64,000 nt of DNA from Gammaproteobacteria bacterium (lineage in GTDB: Bacteria; Pseudomonadota; Gammaproteobacteria; Eutrophobiales; Eutrophobiaceae): NCBI GenBank assembly GCA_016179185.1, contig JACORW010000053.1:357-64356 (forward strand), written 5' to 3'. This document shows, in pieces, positions 20,956 to 30,676 of the stretch. The translations under genes and the position numbers were made by a program. Position 1 is the first letter of the stretch. Each line of letters starts with the position of its first letter. Under the pieces are notes generated by a model. The model saw only the letters and a program-made list of their open reading frames with translations, was not told the origin of the DNA and did not search any database.

Positions 20956-21840
20956 TCACTGCTCCCGCGGCTTCAGCTTCAGCGCCAGCTTGTAGAGTTC
21001 ATTGCGGTTGCGGCCGGTAAATTCCGCAGCCACCGCCGCCGTGTCTTTCACCGACAGGTGCGCAAGCAGGATGCCGAGCATGCGCGCCAGTTCCGCGTCA
21101 TCGCCGCCGGGATCGGTGCCGGCCCCCTCGACGACGATCACGAACTCGCCGCGGTGCTGGACCGGATCCGCGCCAAACCATCGCGCCAATGCCCCCAGTT
21201 CATCGCGCCGAACCGTCTCGAAGCGTTTTGTCAGCTCGCGCGCAATCGTCGCGCGCCGCCCCGAACCGAACGCCATGATCAAATCCTGCAACGCTGCATC
21301 AATACGATGCGGCGTTTCAAAAAAAATCAACGTGCGCGATTCCCGGGCCAGTTGCTGCAGCAACGCCCGGCGTGCGGCGACCCGCTCCGGTAGATAACCC
21401 TCGAAGGCGAAGCGATGCACCGGCAGGCCGCAGACCGACAACGCCGCCGTGATCGCGGACGGCCCGGGAACCGGGACGACCTCGATCCCGTTTTCATGCG
21501 CCCCGCTGACCAGGCGATAACCCGGGTCGCTGAGCAGCGGTGTGCCGGCGTCCGAGATTAACGCGATGTCCTCGCCATCCAGCAACCGTTGCAGCAGCGC
21601 CGGGGCAACGGCGCGTTCATTGTGATCATGCAACGCTGCCAAAGGAGTGTTGATGCCCAGGTGTTGCAGCAGCAGGCCGCTGCGGCGCGTATCTTCGGCC
21701 GCAATGACGGCGACCAGCGCCAGGACACGGCCGGCCCGGACGCTGATATCGTCCAGGTTTCCGATTGGTGTCGCCACTACGAACAGTTTCCCGGGCTTGG
21801 TTGACACGTGAAACTCCGCTTGGCTAAATACCTGTTCCAA
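20956..21840 (-). CDS. rsmI: 16S rRNA C1402 2'-O-methyltransferase
   Basis: GKLFVVATPIGNLDDIS...IAAEDTR...SDAGTPLLSDPGYRLV...FEGYLP. The ORF begins at TTG 21840; GTG 21807 is an alternative start. Confidence 0.93.
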   Translation of the reverse strand: MEQVFSQAEFHVSTKPGKLFVVATPIGNLDDISVRAGRVLALVAVIAAEDTRRSGLLLQHLGINTPLAALHDHNERAVAPALLQRLLDGEDIALISDAGTPLLSDPGYRLVSGAHENGIEVVPVPGPSAITAALSVCGLPVHRFAFEGYLPERVAARRALLQQLARESRTLIFFETPHRIDAALQDLIMAFGSGRRATIARELTKRFETVRRDELGALARWFGADPVQHRGEFVIVVEGAGTDPGGDDAELARMLGILLAHLSVKDTAAVAAEFTGRNRNELYKLALKLKPREQ

Positions 21841-21858
21841 ATTGAAGGACAGGCGCGC

Positions 21859-22005
21859 GGTCCGATCTCATGTTCTCGGACACGCCGTAAATACAGTCTG
21901 ACCGCCAGGGATGGCGGGAATGCAGATTGCGCAGGAGCAGCAATCTGCCATGTAGGCTCGGGTGCCGCTCCTGCGGCACACGGTCCTCCAACATGAGATC
22001 GGACC
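21859..22005. other. 147-nt multi-hairpin element closed by a perfect 16-bp inverted repeat
   Basis: GGTCCGATCTCATGTT (21859-21874) pairs with AACATGAGATCGGACC (21990-22005). The closing helix encloses three perfect hairpins at 21902-21917, 21922-21948 and 21962-21979. No credible ORF. Confidence 0.7.
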
Positions 22006-22056
22006 ACACGCCGTCCATCTGTAGCATGTATCGGAATACCTATTTAGGCTGCAAGA

Positions 22057-23945
22057 ATGGGCGCAAGAGGCGGTCCGCGCAGTATTGATGTTCGCTCCGG
22101 CCGGGGCGTGGCGCTCGTCATCGTTGCTGCCTGCCTTGCTGCCTGTGGCCCCGGTTCGCGCCCGGACGCCGTCGACACGACTGACGCGGCGGCACGCGAA
22201 CACATGGCGGCGGGAGAATTCACGCGTGCCGCGGAGGAGTACCTGCGCCTTGCGGAATTGTATCCGAAGTCCGCGGCACGCCACCAACTGGGCGCGGCGG
22301 AGGCGTACCTGGCGGCCCGGCAGCTCGCCGACGCGCTTGCTACGGCGCAGACTGCGCAGCCGGCGCGCAGACAATCTCCGGAAGCGGCGCGCAAGCAGTT
22401 GTTGCTGGCGGAGATCGCATTGCTGCAACAGCATCCGGAAGATGCACTGACCCTGTCGCCGCCGCTGCCTGCTGCCGCTCCCGCGAATCTGCGCCTGCGC
22501 CGGCATGATCTCCGCGCCCGGGCACATGCCGAGCTGGGCGATCTGAAGCAGGCGGTCGTGGAATGGGTTGCCCTCCTGGCCGCAGGACCGGAGCCCGATC
22601 TCGAACAGCGGGCCGTACGCGCACTGTGGGCCGGCCTGTCGGGACTCGATGTCATGGCTCTGCAGGAATTCATCGGTTCCGGCAATGCCGACCTTGCCGC
22701 GTGGAGCGAGCTGGCACAGCTCGCCCGGCTGCTGCGCGGCCGGAGCGACGAATTGGAACCGGCCATCGACGCATGGGTGGCGACACACCCCGGGCATGCC
22801 GCGGTACCGCGGATCACCGGCGAGATACTCACGTCTTCGCGGCTGATTACCGGCGCCCGCGACCACGTCGCGCTGCTGCTGCCGCTGACCGGCCAGTTTG
22901 CCCGCGCTGCGGCGGCGGTTCGAGACGGGTTTCTGATGCGCATGTATCTGCAGACCGAATTGCGCCCGATGATTACCGTGCTGGATACGAATGCCGGCAA
23001 CGTGGCGGATCGTTATGCGGAGGCGGTGCGGGCCGGCGCGCAATTCATCGTCGGACCCCTGGAAAAGGAGGCCGTCGCCAGACTGGCGGAGTTTCCACTG
23101 CTGGTTCCGACGCTGGCCCTGAACCGGTCGCCGGCAGGCGGCGCCGGCAGCCAGCCGGACCAGACGCCCGATCCGATGCTGTTCAAGTTCAGCCTGTCGC
23201 CCGAGGACGAGGCCACGGAGGCGGCGCGCCGCGCGTTCGCGGACGGGCACCGCAATGCGCTTGTGGTCGTACCGGACAACGAACTGGGCGATCGGCTGGC
23301 CGCTGCTTTCACGGCGGCGTGGCATCAGCACGGCGGCGCCATCCTGGAACAGGTGAAGTACCGGCCGGAGGCGGCCGACTTCGCGGCGGTCACGCGCGAA
23401 CTGTTCAATCTGGACAGCAGTCAGGAGCGCGCCGCCACGCTGCGGCAGGACATCGGGGTTCCGGTGCACGCCTCTGCCCGCAAGCGGCGTGACGCGGACA
23501 TGATATTCATGCCGCTGCCGCCGGCAGAGGCACGCCAGGTAATGCCCCACCTGCGCTATTTCGGCGCCGACCATGTGCCCGCATACGCCACCGCGGCGGT
23601 GTATTCCGGGGCGCCTAACCCGCAACTGGACCACGACATAGACAGTGTGCGGTTTCCCGACATTCCCTGGGTGGTCGCGCCGGATTCCGGTGCGATTGAT
23701 TTTCGCCAGGCGGTGGACGGGGCGTTGTTCACGGCTGCGGCCGGATTGCGCCGGCTGTACGCATTCGGCGCCGACGCGTTTCAGATCATGGCGCGGATCA
23801 ATCAGCTGACCGGCAATCCGGGCGCCACGCTGCCGGGCGAATCCGGAGAACTGTATCTTGCCGCCGGCGGCGAATTTCATCGGCGCCTGAACTGGGCGAT
23901 ATTCCGTGGCGGCGTGCCGGTGGCGCTGGATTCCGTGCCTTCCCC

Positions 23946-23949
<4 letters not shown>
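22057..23949 (+). CDS. lpoA: Penicillin-binding protein activator LpoA (LppC family lipoprotein)
   Basis: 630 aa with lipobox VIVAACLAAC, N-terminal TPR-like Ala-rich repeats and a C-terminal periplasmic-binding-like domain. Synteny lpoA-yraN-diaA-dolP as in E. coli. Confidence 0.85.
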
Positions 23950-24942
<993 letters not shown>

Positions 24943-24981
24943 TTCCGGTTATTGCATTCCGTGGGGAGGCATGAGCACGTC

Positions 24982-25566
24982 ATGAACTGTGAAACATCGG
25001 TATTGCCGGCCAGTCTGTTATTGTGCGCCGCCGTGACTCTGCAGGGTTGCGTGGCGGTGGCTGCCGGCGGCGCGGCGGCGGGGGCGTCCGCGGCTGTTGA
25101 TCGCCGCACCACCGGCACGCTGGTGGAGGATCAGGCCATTGAACTCAAGGCGGTTCGGGCCATCATGGCGGACAAGGAACTGAACAGTCAGGCGCACCTG
25201 AACGTCACGAGCTACAACATGATTGTGTTGCTCACCGGCGAAGCGCCCACGGAAGAACTGCGCGGGCGCGCCGCCGAGATCGTGCGCGGGATCGAAAAGG
25301 TCGAAACGGTGCACAACGAGATCACGATTGCCGCGCCGAGCTCGTTGATTACCCGGAGCAGCGACACGGTAATTACCTCCAAGGTAAAGACCAAGCTGCT
25401 CGCCGACGAGGACATCGAGGGCGTAAATATCAAGGTCGTCACCGAAAACGGCGTCGTGTACCTGATGGGGCTGGCTGCGCGCGCGGAGGCCGAACTGGCC
25501 ACGGAAATCGCGCGTCAGACGGGGGGAGTGCAGAAGGTGGTCAAGGTGTTTCAGTACACGGATTAA
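24982..25566 (+). CDS. dolP: Dual-BON-domain outer-membrane lipoprotein DolP (YraP)
   Basis: From ATG 24982: a signal with lipobox (AAVTLQGC) and two BON repeats (LNVTSYNMIVLLTGEA..., IKVVTENGVVYLMGLA...). Confidence 0.85.
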   Translation: MNCETSVLPASLLLCAAVTLQGCVAVAAGGAAAGASAAVDRRTTGTLVEDQAIELKAVRAIMADKELNSQAHLNVTSYNMIVLLTGEAPTEELRGRAAEIVRGIEKVETVHNEITIAAPSSLITRSSDTVITSKVKTKLLADEDIEGVNIKVVTENGVVYLMGLAARAEAELATEIARQTGGVQKVVKVFQYTD

Positions 25567-25573
25567 GACTGCG

Positions 25574-25657
25574 GCTACAAGCCACAAGCGACAAGCTACA
25601 AGTTAAACAAACCCGGGTTCTCGGTTGCCTTGTGGCTTGTAGCTTATTGCTTGTAGC
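25574..25657. repeat. Hairpin whose arms are heptanucleotide arrays (putative bidirectional terminator)
   Basis: Left arm GCTACAA GCCACAA GCGACAA GCTACAA G. Right arm CTTGTGG CTTGTAG CTTATTG CTTGTAG C. The loop carries the palindrome AACCCGGGTT (25610-25619). Located between the convergent dolP and sspB. Confidence 0.8.
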
Positions 25658-25660
25658 TGA

Positions 25661-26035
25661 TTACTTGACCACCCTCAACGCCGGCCGCTTGTCTCCGCCC
25701 TCCGGCGCAGGTGAGTCCGTATCCGGGCTCTCGGGCGGGAAAGCCATGCCTTTGCCGTTCTCCCGGGCGTAGATCGCCAGCAGGGATCGTAGCGGTACGC
25801 GCACCGCGAAGGGGCGCCCGGAAAAACGGGCCCGGAAGGTCACCGTCTCGTCGCCCATGACCAGGTCCGGGACCGCCTGCGGAGAAATGTTGAGCACAAT
25901 CTTGCCGTCCTTGACATGTTCCGCCGGCACCATGGCGCCGGGGTCACGGGCGTCCACCAGCACATGGGGCGTCATGCCGTTGTCCACGATCCACTGATAC
26001 AGCGCGCGCAACAGATAGGGCCGGTTTGAAGTCAT
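25661..26035 (-). CDS. sspB: ClpXP adaptor / stringent starvation protein B
   Basis: From ATG 26035: MTSNRPYLLRALYQWIVDNGMTPHVLVDA...VLNISPQAV, with a C-terminal RPALRVVK tail. Confidence 0.93.
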   Translation of the reverse strand: MTSNRPYLLRALYQWIVDNGMTPHVLVDARDPGAMVPAEHVKDGKIVLNISPQAVPDLVMGDETVTFRARFSGRPFAVRVPLRSLLAIYARENGKGMAFPPESPDTDSPAPEGGDKRPALRVVK

Positions 26036-26073
26036 GCTGTTCGCGGGAAACGCGCCGTGCGGCGGCCGTCCGA

Positions 26074-26673
26074 TTACACGTTGCGTAGCTGCCGTTCCTG
26101 CTCGGACAGGCTGATCCGGAACGCCGGGCGCGCGAACTGGCGCAACGCGTATTTCTGCATCCCTTTTGCGGACGCCGGCAGCTTGATGCGGTAATGGTCC
26201 AGCCTCCAAAGCAGCGGGATGATGCAGCAGTCCGCCAGTGAAAATTCATCGGAGAGAAAATACTGCTGTTGCTGGAACACCGGCGCAATCGCGGTCAGGT
26301 GATCGCGCAACGTCCTCTTGGCGGCGTGGGCATGGGAATCCGACCCGCCCTGAATGATTTCCACCAGCGAACACAGATCGCGCTCTACGCGGTAACGCAA
26401 CTGACGATTGTTGGCCCGCGCCACCGGGTCCACCGGCATCAACGGCGGGTGCGGAAAACGTTCATCCAGATACTCCATGATGATCTGGGCATCGAACAGG
26501 GACAGGTCCCGATCCATCAGCGTAAGCGAGGTGCCATAGGGATTCGCCTCGGCCACATCCTCGGGGGGATCATCGGAATTGATGAACTGCACGTCGCAGT
26601 TGATGTCCTTTTCGGCGAGCACGATACGAACGCCGTGGCCAAGAATGCCGTCAATATCGGTGTAGAAAATCAT
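26074..26673 (-). CDS. sspA: Stringent starvation protein A (GST-like)
   Basis: 199 aa: HGVRIVLAEKDI...PYGTSLTLMDRDLSLFDAQIIMEYLDERFPHPPLMP. An in-frame TAA 8 codons upstream fixes the start. Confidence 0.93.
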   Translation of the reverse strand: MIFYTDIDGILGHGVRIVLAEKDINCDVQFINSDDPPEDVAEANPYGTSLTLMDRDLSLFDAQIIMEYLDERFPHPPLMPVDPVARANNRQLRYRVERDLCSLVEIIQGGSDSHAHAAKRTLRDHLTAIAPVFQQQQYFLSDEFSLADCCIIPLLWRLDHYRIKLPASAKGMQKYALRQFARPAFRISLSEQERQLRNV

Positions 26674-26752
26674 GGGATCAGGGCGCGGCCTCGATTATGC
26701 GTGAATCCGCGGATACGGCCGCCGATCCGGAGGAAACACGGCCGTCATGCCG

Positions 26753-27490
26753 TCAATGGACGTCCTTCCAGAACTCCCGCTTGAGCAGATACACAATGAT
26801 CAGCAGACCGAGCAGGTACACGAGTACCCAGGCACCGATGCGGTGGCGCGTCAGTTTGATCGGCTCGCCCAGGTACACGAGGAAATTGACCAGGTCCGCC
26901 ACCGCGCGCCGATAGCCGGCGTCATTCAGCAACCCAGGGGACTCCAGCTCCAGGCCGGTGATCGCGCGCGTCACCGTGCCGTCCGGGGCTTTCTGTTCGC
27001 CGAACACGGGACGTTGCCAGCCCTGAAGTTCCCACAACACATGCGGCATGGCGACGTCCTTGAAAATGAGATTGTTGACGCCGGTCGGCCGCGCCGGATC
27101 GCGATAAAACGTCAGGAAATAGGTGTACAGCCACGATGCACCGCGGGCGCGCGCGGTCACGGACAGATCCGGCGGCCCCACACCAAACCACTGTTCCGCG
27201 TCCTGCGGCTTCATGGCCACGGTCATGGTCTCCCCGGTCTTGTCCGTGCCGAACATCAGGTTGGACTTCAATACGTCCTCCGGGATTTCCAGGTCCCGGC
27301 CCAGACGGTTGTAACGCATGTACGCCGCGGAGTGACAGCTCAGGCAGTAATTGACGAACAGCTGCGCGCCGCGCAACAGCGATTCCCGGTTTGACAGGTC
27401 CGCCTCATAGTGCATCAGATGGCCATTGCCCTTCGCGAGGGCGGCAGTCTGTAGCAACAGCATCAAGAGCGCCGCAGCCGCCCGCATCAT
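26753..27490 (-). CDS. petC: Cytochrome c1 of the bc1 complex
   Basis: 245 aa with a signal peptide, haem motif CLSCHS, PPDLS and a C-terminal TM anchor. Confidence 0.92.
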   Translation of the reverse strand: MMRAAAALLMLLLQTAALAKGNGHLMHYEADLSNRESLLRGAQLFVNYCLSCHSAAYMRYNRLGRDLEIPEDVLKSNLMFGTDKTGETMTVAMKPQDAEQWFGVGPPDLSVTARARGASWLYTYFLTFYRDPARPTGVNNLIFKDVAMPHVLWELQGWQRPVFGEQKAPDGTVTRAITGLELESPGLLNDAGYRRAVADLVNFLVYLGEPIKLTRHRIGAWVLVYLLGLLIIVYLLKREFWKDVH

Positions 27491-28722
27491 GGCCAGCGCA
27501 CCCGATCCGGAACCGGCCTGTCACTGTCGTTGGCGGTGTAGTACGGCATCGCGAGGAAAAACAGGAAATACACCACCGAACCCACGCGCGCGATCACGGT
27601 ATAGAGCGGCGTCGGCGGCTGCATGCCCAGCCATCCGAGAGTCAGGAAGGCCACGGTAAACAATGCCAGCGCCAGCTTGAATTTCCACCCGCGATAGCGG
27701 ATGGATTTGACCGCGCTGCGATCCAGCCACGGCAGCAGGAAGAACATGAGTGTCGCCGCGCCCATGGCAATGACACCGCCGAGCTGGTTCGGTACCGCGC
27801 GCAGAATGGCGTAGAACGGCGTGAAGTACCAGACCGGCGCGATATGCTCCGGGGTCTTCAGTGGATCGGCGGGCACGAAATTGGCATGCTCAAGAAAATA
27901 CCCGCCCATCTCCGGCGCAAAGAACACCACGGCGCAGAAGATGATCAGGAACACCACGACACCGACGATGTCCTTCACCGTGTAGTAGGGATGAAACGGG
28001 ATCCCGTCCAGCGGCACGCCGTCGGCGCCCTTGCGTTCCTTGATCTCGACGCCGTCCGGGTTGTTCGAACCCACCTCGTGCAGCGCCAGCAGGTGCGCCC
28101 ACACGAGCCCGCACAGCAGCAGCGGCAGGGCAATCACGTGAAACGAAAAGAAGCGGTTCAGCGTCACGTCGGAAACCACGAAGTCGCCGCGGATCAACAA
28201 TGCCAGATCATCGCCAATCCACGGCAGCGCGCCGAACAGCGAGATGATCACCTGCGCGCCCCAGTAGGACATCTGGCCCCAGGGCAGCAGGTAGCCGAAG
28301 AATGCCTCCCCCATCAGCGTCAGGTAGATGAACATGCCGATGATCCAGAGCAGTTCGCGCGGCTCCTTGTAGGAACCGTACAGCAGCGCGCGATACATGT
28401 GCAGGTAGACGACGATGAAGAACGCGGATGCACCGGTGGAATGCATGTACCGGAACCACCAGCCCCACTCCACGTCGCGCATGATGTATTCGACGGACGC
28501 AAACGCAGAGTCCGCCGCCGGTTTGTAATTCATCGTCAGCCAGATGCCGGTGACGATCTGAATGACCAGCACGAACAGGGCCAGGGATCCGAAGAAATAC
28601 CAGAAGTTGAAGTTTTTCGGCGCGTAGTACCTGGCCAGGTGGTCGTTCCAGAGCTGCGTCAGGGGGAAACGCGCGTCCACCCAGTCGCGGAATCCCGTCA
28701 CGGCCCGCGCCACCGTGTTCAC
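27487..28722 (-). CDS. petB: Cytochrome b of the bc1 complex
   Basis: 411 aa: WWFRYMHSTGASAFF...PWGQMSYWGAQVI...PEWYF-like VWYFTPFYAILR. Confidence 0.97.
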   Translation of the reverse strand: MNTVARAVTGFRDWVDARFPLTQLWNDHLARYYAPKNFNFWYFFGSLALFVLVIQIVTGIWLTMNYKPAADSAFASVEYIMRDVEWGWWFRYMHSTGASAFFIVVYLHMYRALLYGSYKEPRELLWIIGMFIYLTLMGEAFFGYLLPWGQMSYWGAQVIISLFGALPWIGDDLALLIRGDFVVSDVTLNRFFSFHVIALPLLLCGLVWAHLLALHEVGSNNPDGVEIKERKGADGVPLDGIPFHPYYTVKDIVGVVVFLIIFCAVVFFAPEMGGYFLEHANFVPADPLKTPEHIAPVWYFTPFYAILRAVPNQLGGVIAMGAATLMFFLLPWLDRSAVKSIRYRGWKFKLALALFTVAFLTLGWLGMQPPTPLYTVIARVGSVVYFLFFLAMPYYTANDSDRPVPDRVRWP

Positions 28723-29321
28723 GAAGTTGCCCCGGTGTCGTCAATGCCGACCAGAACGCGATCCTCGCTGAGATACTGATGGGGCGGCACCAGCAGGTTT
28801 CGCGGCGCGGGCACGTCCTTGTACACGCGGCCGGCGAGATCGAAGCGGCTGCCGTGGCAGGGACAGAAAAACCCGCCTTTCCATTCCGTCAGCCCGTAGG
28901 GCCCGGCCTCGTCGCGCGGCACGTAGGTCGGCGAACAGCCGAGATGGGTACACAGCCCGACCAGGATCAGATATTCGGGTCTGATGGAGCGGTGTTCATT
29001 GCGGGCATACTCGGGCTGCTGCGCCTCATTGGAGCCGGGATCGCGGACTTCAGCGTCCAGTTCCGGCAGCGTGCCCAACTGCTCCTCATTGCGGCGCAGA
29101 ATCCACACCGGCTTGCCTTGCCACTTGAAACGCTGCAGTTCTCCGGGCTGAATGGCGCCGATGTCAATTTCCACCGGGGCGCCGATGGCCCGGGCCCGGG
29201 CGCTGGGGGTGAGCGTGGAGACGAAAGGGACGGCCGTTGCGACTGCACCGGCGCCACCGACGATGGTGGCCGCAGTGGTGAGAAAACGACGACGCCCCTG
29301 ATCGAATCCTTGTTTACTCAT
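28719..29321 (-). CDS. petA: Ubiquinol-cytochrome c reductase Rieske Fe-S subunit
   Basis: From ATG 29321: MSKQGFDQGRRRFLTTAA (Tat motif), then CTHLGC...CPCHGS Rieske boxes. Confidence 0.95.
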   Translation of the reverse strand: MSKQGFDQGRRRFLTTAATIVGGAGAVATAVPFVSTLTPSARARAIGAPVEIDIGAIQPGELQRFKWQGKPVWILRRNEEQLGTLPELDAEVRDPGSNEAQQPEYARNEHRSIRPEYLILVGLCTHLGCSPTYVPRDEAGPYGLTEWKGGFFCPCHGSRFDLAGRVYKDVPAPRNLLVPPHQYLSEDRVLVGIDDTGATS

Positions 29322-29484
29322 TTGGTTGCGTTCCGAACAGCGGCGCGCCTGTCTTGATTTATTGCGCCGGGCGTCAGTATAACATGAGAAAAATTGCCTC
29401 CCGCCACGGCCGGGCGGTCCGGAAACCCGCATCTGCCAGCCGCCGGCAACGGTCCGCGCGGGAAGACTTGGTACACTGACTTCC

Positions 29485-30648
29485 ATGTTCGGGGCAATGG
29501 ATCGTCAATCGGCGTTGCGTGCGGTGGGCTTCATGCTGGTGTGGACAGCGGTGGGGCTGGCGCTGGCATTTACGCTGGTGTGGCTTTTCCCCGGGCTGGG
29601 GGTCGAAGCCCCGCCTCCGGCTGTGCCGCAGGTCAACGCCCCCATTACCCCGGGTCCGGCGTCTTATCACGACGCCGTTGCCGCCGTCGGCCCGGCAGTT
29701 GTCAACGTCTACGCGATCCGCGTGCACCAGCCGGCAGCCCATCCGCTGTTTCAGGACCCGCTGTTCAAGCGCTTTTTTGGCGAGCCGCCGGCCCAGGGTA
29801 GTGTGGATCGCGTCTTCGGTTCCGGTGTCATACTGGATGCCACCGGGCTGGTGGTCACCAATTTGCACCTGATCCGCAACGCCCAGGAGATCCGGGTCAC
29901 GCTCAGTGACGGGCGGCAGATTGGCGCCGCCGTCATCGGCGTGGACCCTGAAACGGAACTGGCGCTGTTGCAACTGGGCGAAACACAGAACCTGCCGGCG
30001 GCGCCCATCGGCGATTCGGGTCGGATGCTCGTCGGCGACGTCGTCCTCGCCATCGGCAACCCCTACGATTTCGGTCAGACCGTAACGCAGGGCATTGTCA
30101 GCGCCACCGGCCGTACCAGCCTCGGCATTACGGCGTTCGAGGACTTCATTCAGACCGACGCGGACATCAACCCCGGGAATTCCGGCGGCGCGCTCATCAA
30201 CGCCCGCGGGGAACTGGTCGGCATCAACACGGCGAACTACTCCGAAACCGGTTCCGGCGGTTCCCAGGGCATCGGCTTTGCGATCCCCATCAATCTGACC
30301 ATGGCCATTGTGCGCGAGCTGCTGGAGCACGGCGTCGTGGAGCGCGGCTGGCTGGGCATTGAAGCGCAGGCCCTTCCGCCCGGCGCCGTGGAAACCTCGG
30401 GGCTGACCCAGGGCGGCGTGCTGGTGGCATGGGTGCTGCGTGATGGTCCGGCGGAGGCCGCCGGCCTGCAACCGGGCGATATCCTGACGCAGGTGAACGG
30501 CCAGGACGTGAACGGCCCGCGCCACGCCATTCACCTGATCGCCGGTGTCCGCCCCGGTACCGAGATCAGTCTGCGCATCGTGCGCGGCTGGGAGGAGAAA
30601 ACGGTCAGGGCAACCGTGGGCAAACGTCCGCGCCCAAGCGGTGGTTGA
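29485..30648 (+). CDS. DegS/AlgW-like membrane-anchored S1C serine protease with one PDZ domain
   Basis: N-terminal TM, TNLHLI (His), GNSGGALIN (Ser) and one PDZ domain. Collinear with E. coli DegS without gaps across the His and Asp sites, but with Glu at the catalytic Asp position. Confidence 0.88.
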   Translation: MFGAMDRQSALRAVGFMLVWTAVGLALAFTLVWLFPGLGVEAPPPAVPQVNAPITPGPASYHDAVAAVGPAVVNVYAIRVHQPAAHPLFQDPLFKRFFGEPPAQGSVDRVFGSGVILDATGLVVTNLHLIRNAQEIRVTLSDGRQIGAAVIGVDPETELALLQLGETQNLPAAPIGDSGRMLVGDVVLAIGNPYDFGQTVTQGIVSATGRTSLGITAFEDFIQTDADINPGNSGGALINARGELVGINTANYSETGSGGSQGIGFAIPINLTMAIVRELLEHGVVERGWLGIEAQALPPGAVETSGLTQGGVLVAWVLRDGPAEAAGLQPGDILTQVNGQDVNGPRHAIHLIAGVRPGTEISLRIVRGWEEKTVRATVGKRPRPSGG

Positions 30649-30676
30649 AGGCTTTTCAGGACATGAACTGCAGGGA

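Noticed and set aside
21868-23880. 670-aa minus-strand ORF opposite lpoA. Similar long antisense ORFs occur at 2404-3717, 5706-6932, 7550-9436, 10138-11424, 12653-14425, 17178-18617, 27391-28779, 32906-34516, 47023-48357 and 60993-62564.
   Set aside because: Same reasoning: each overlaps a recognisable conserved gene on the other strand, has junk composition and has no start-site signals.
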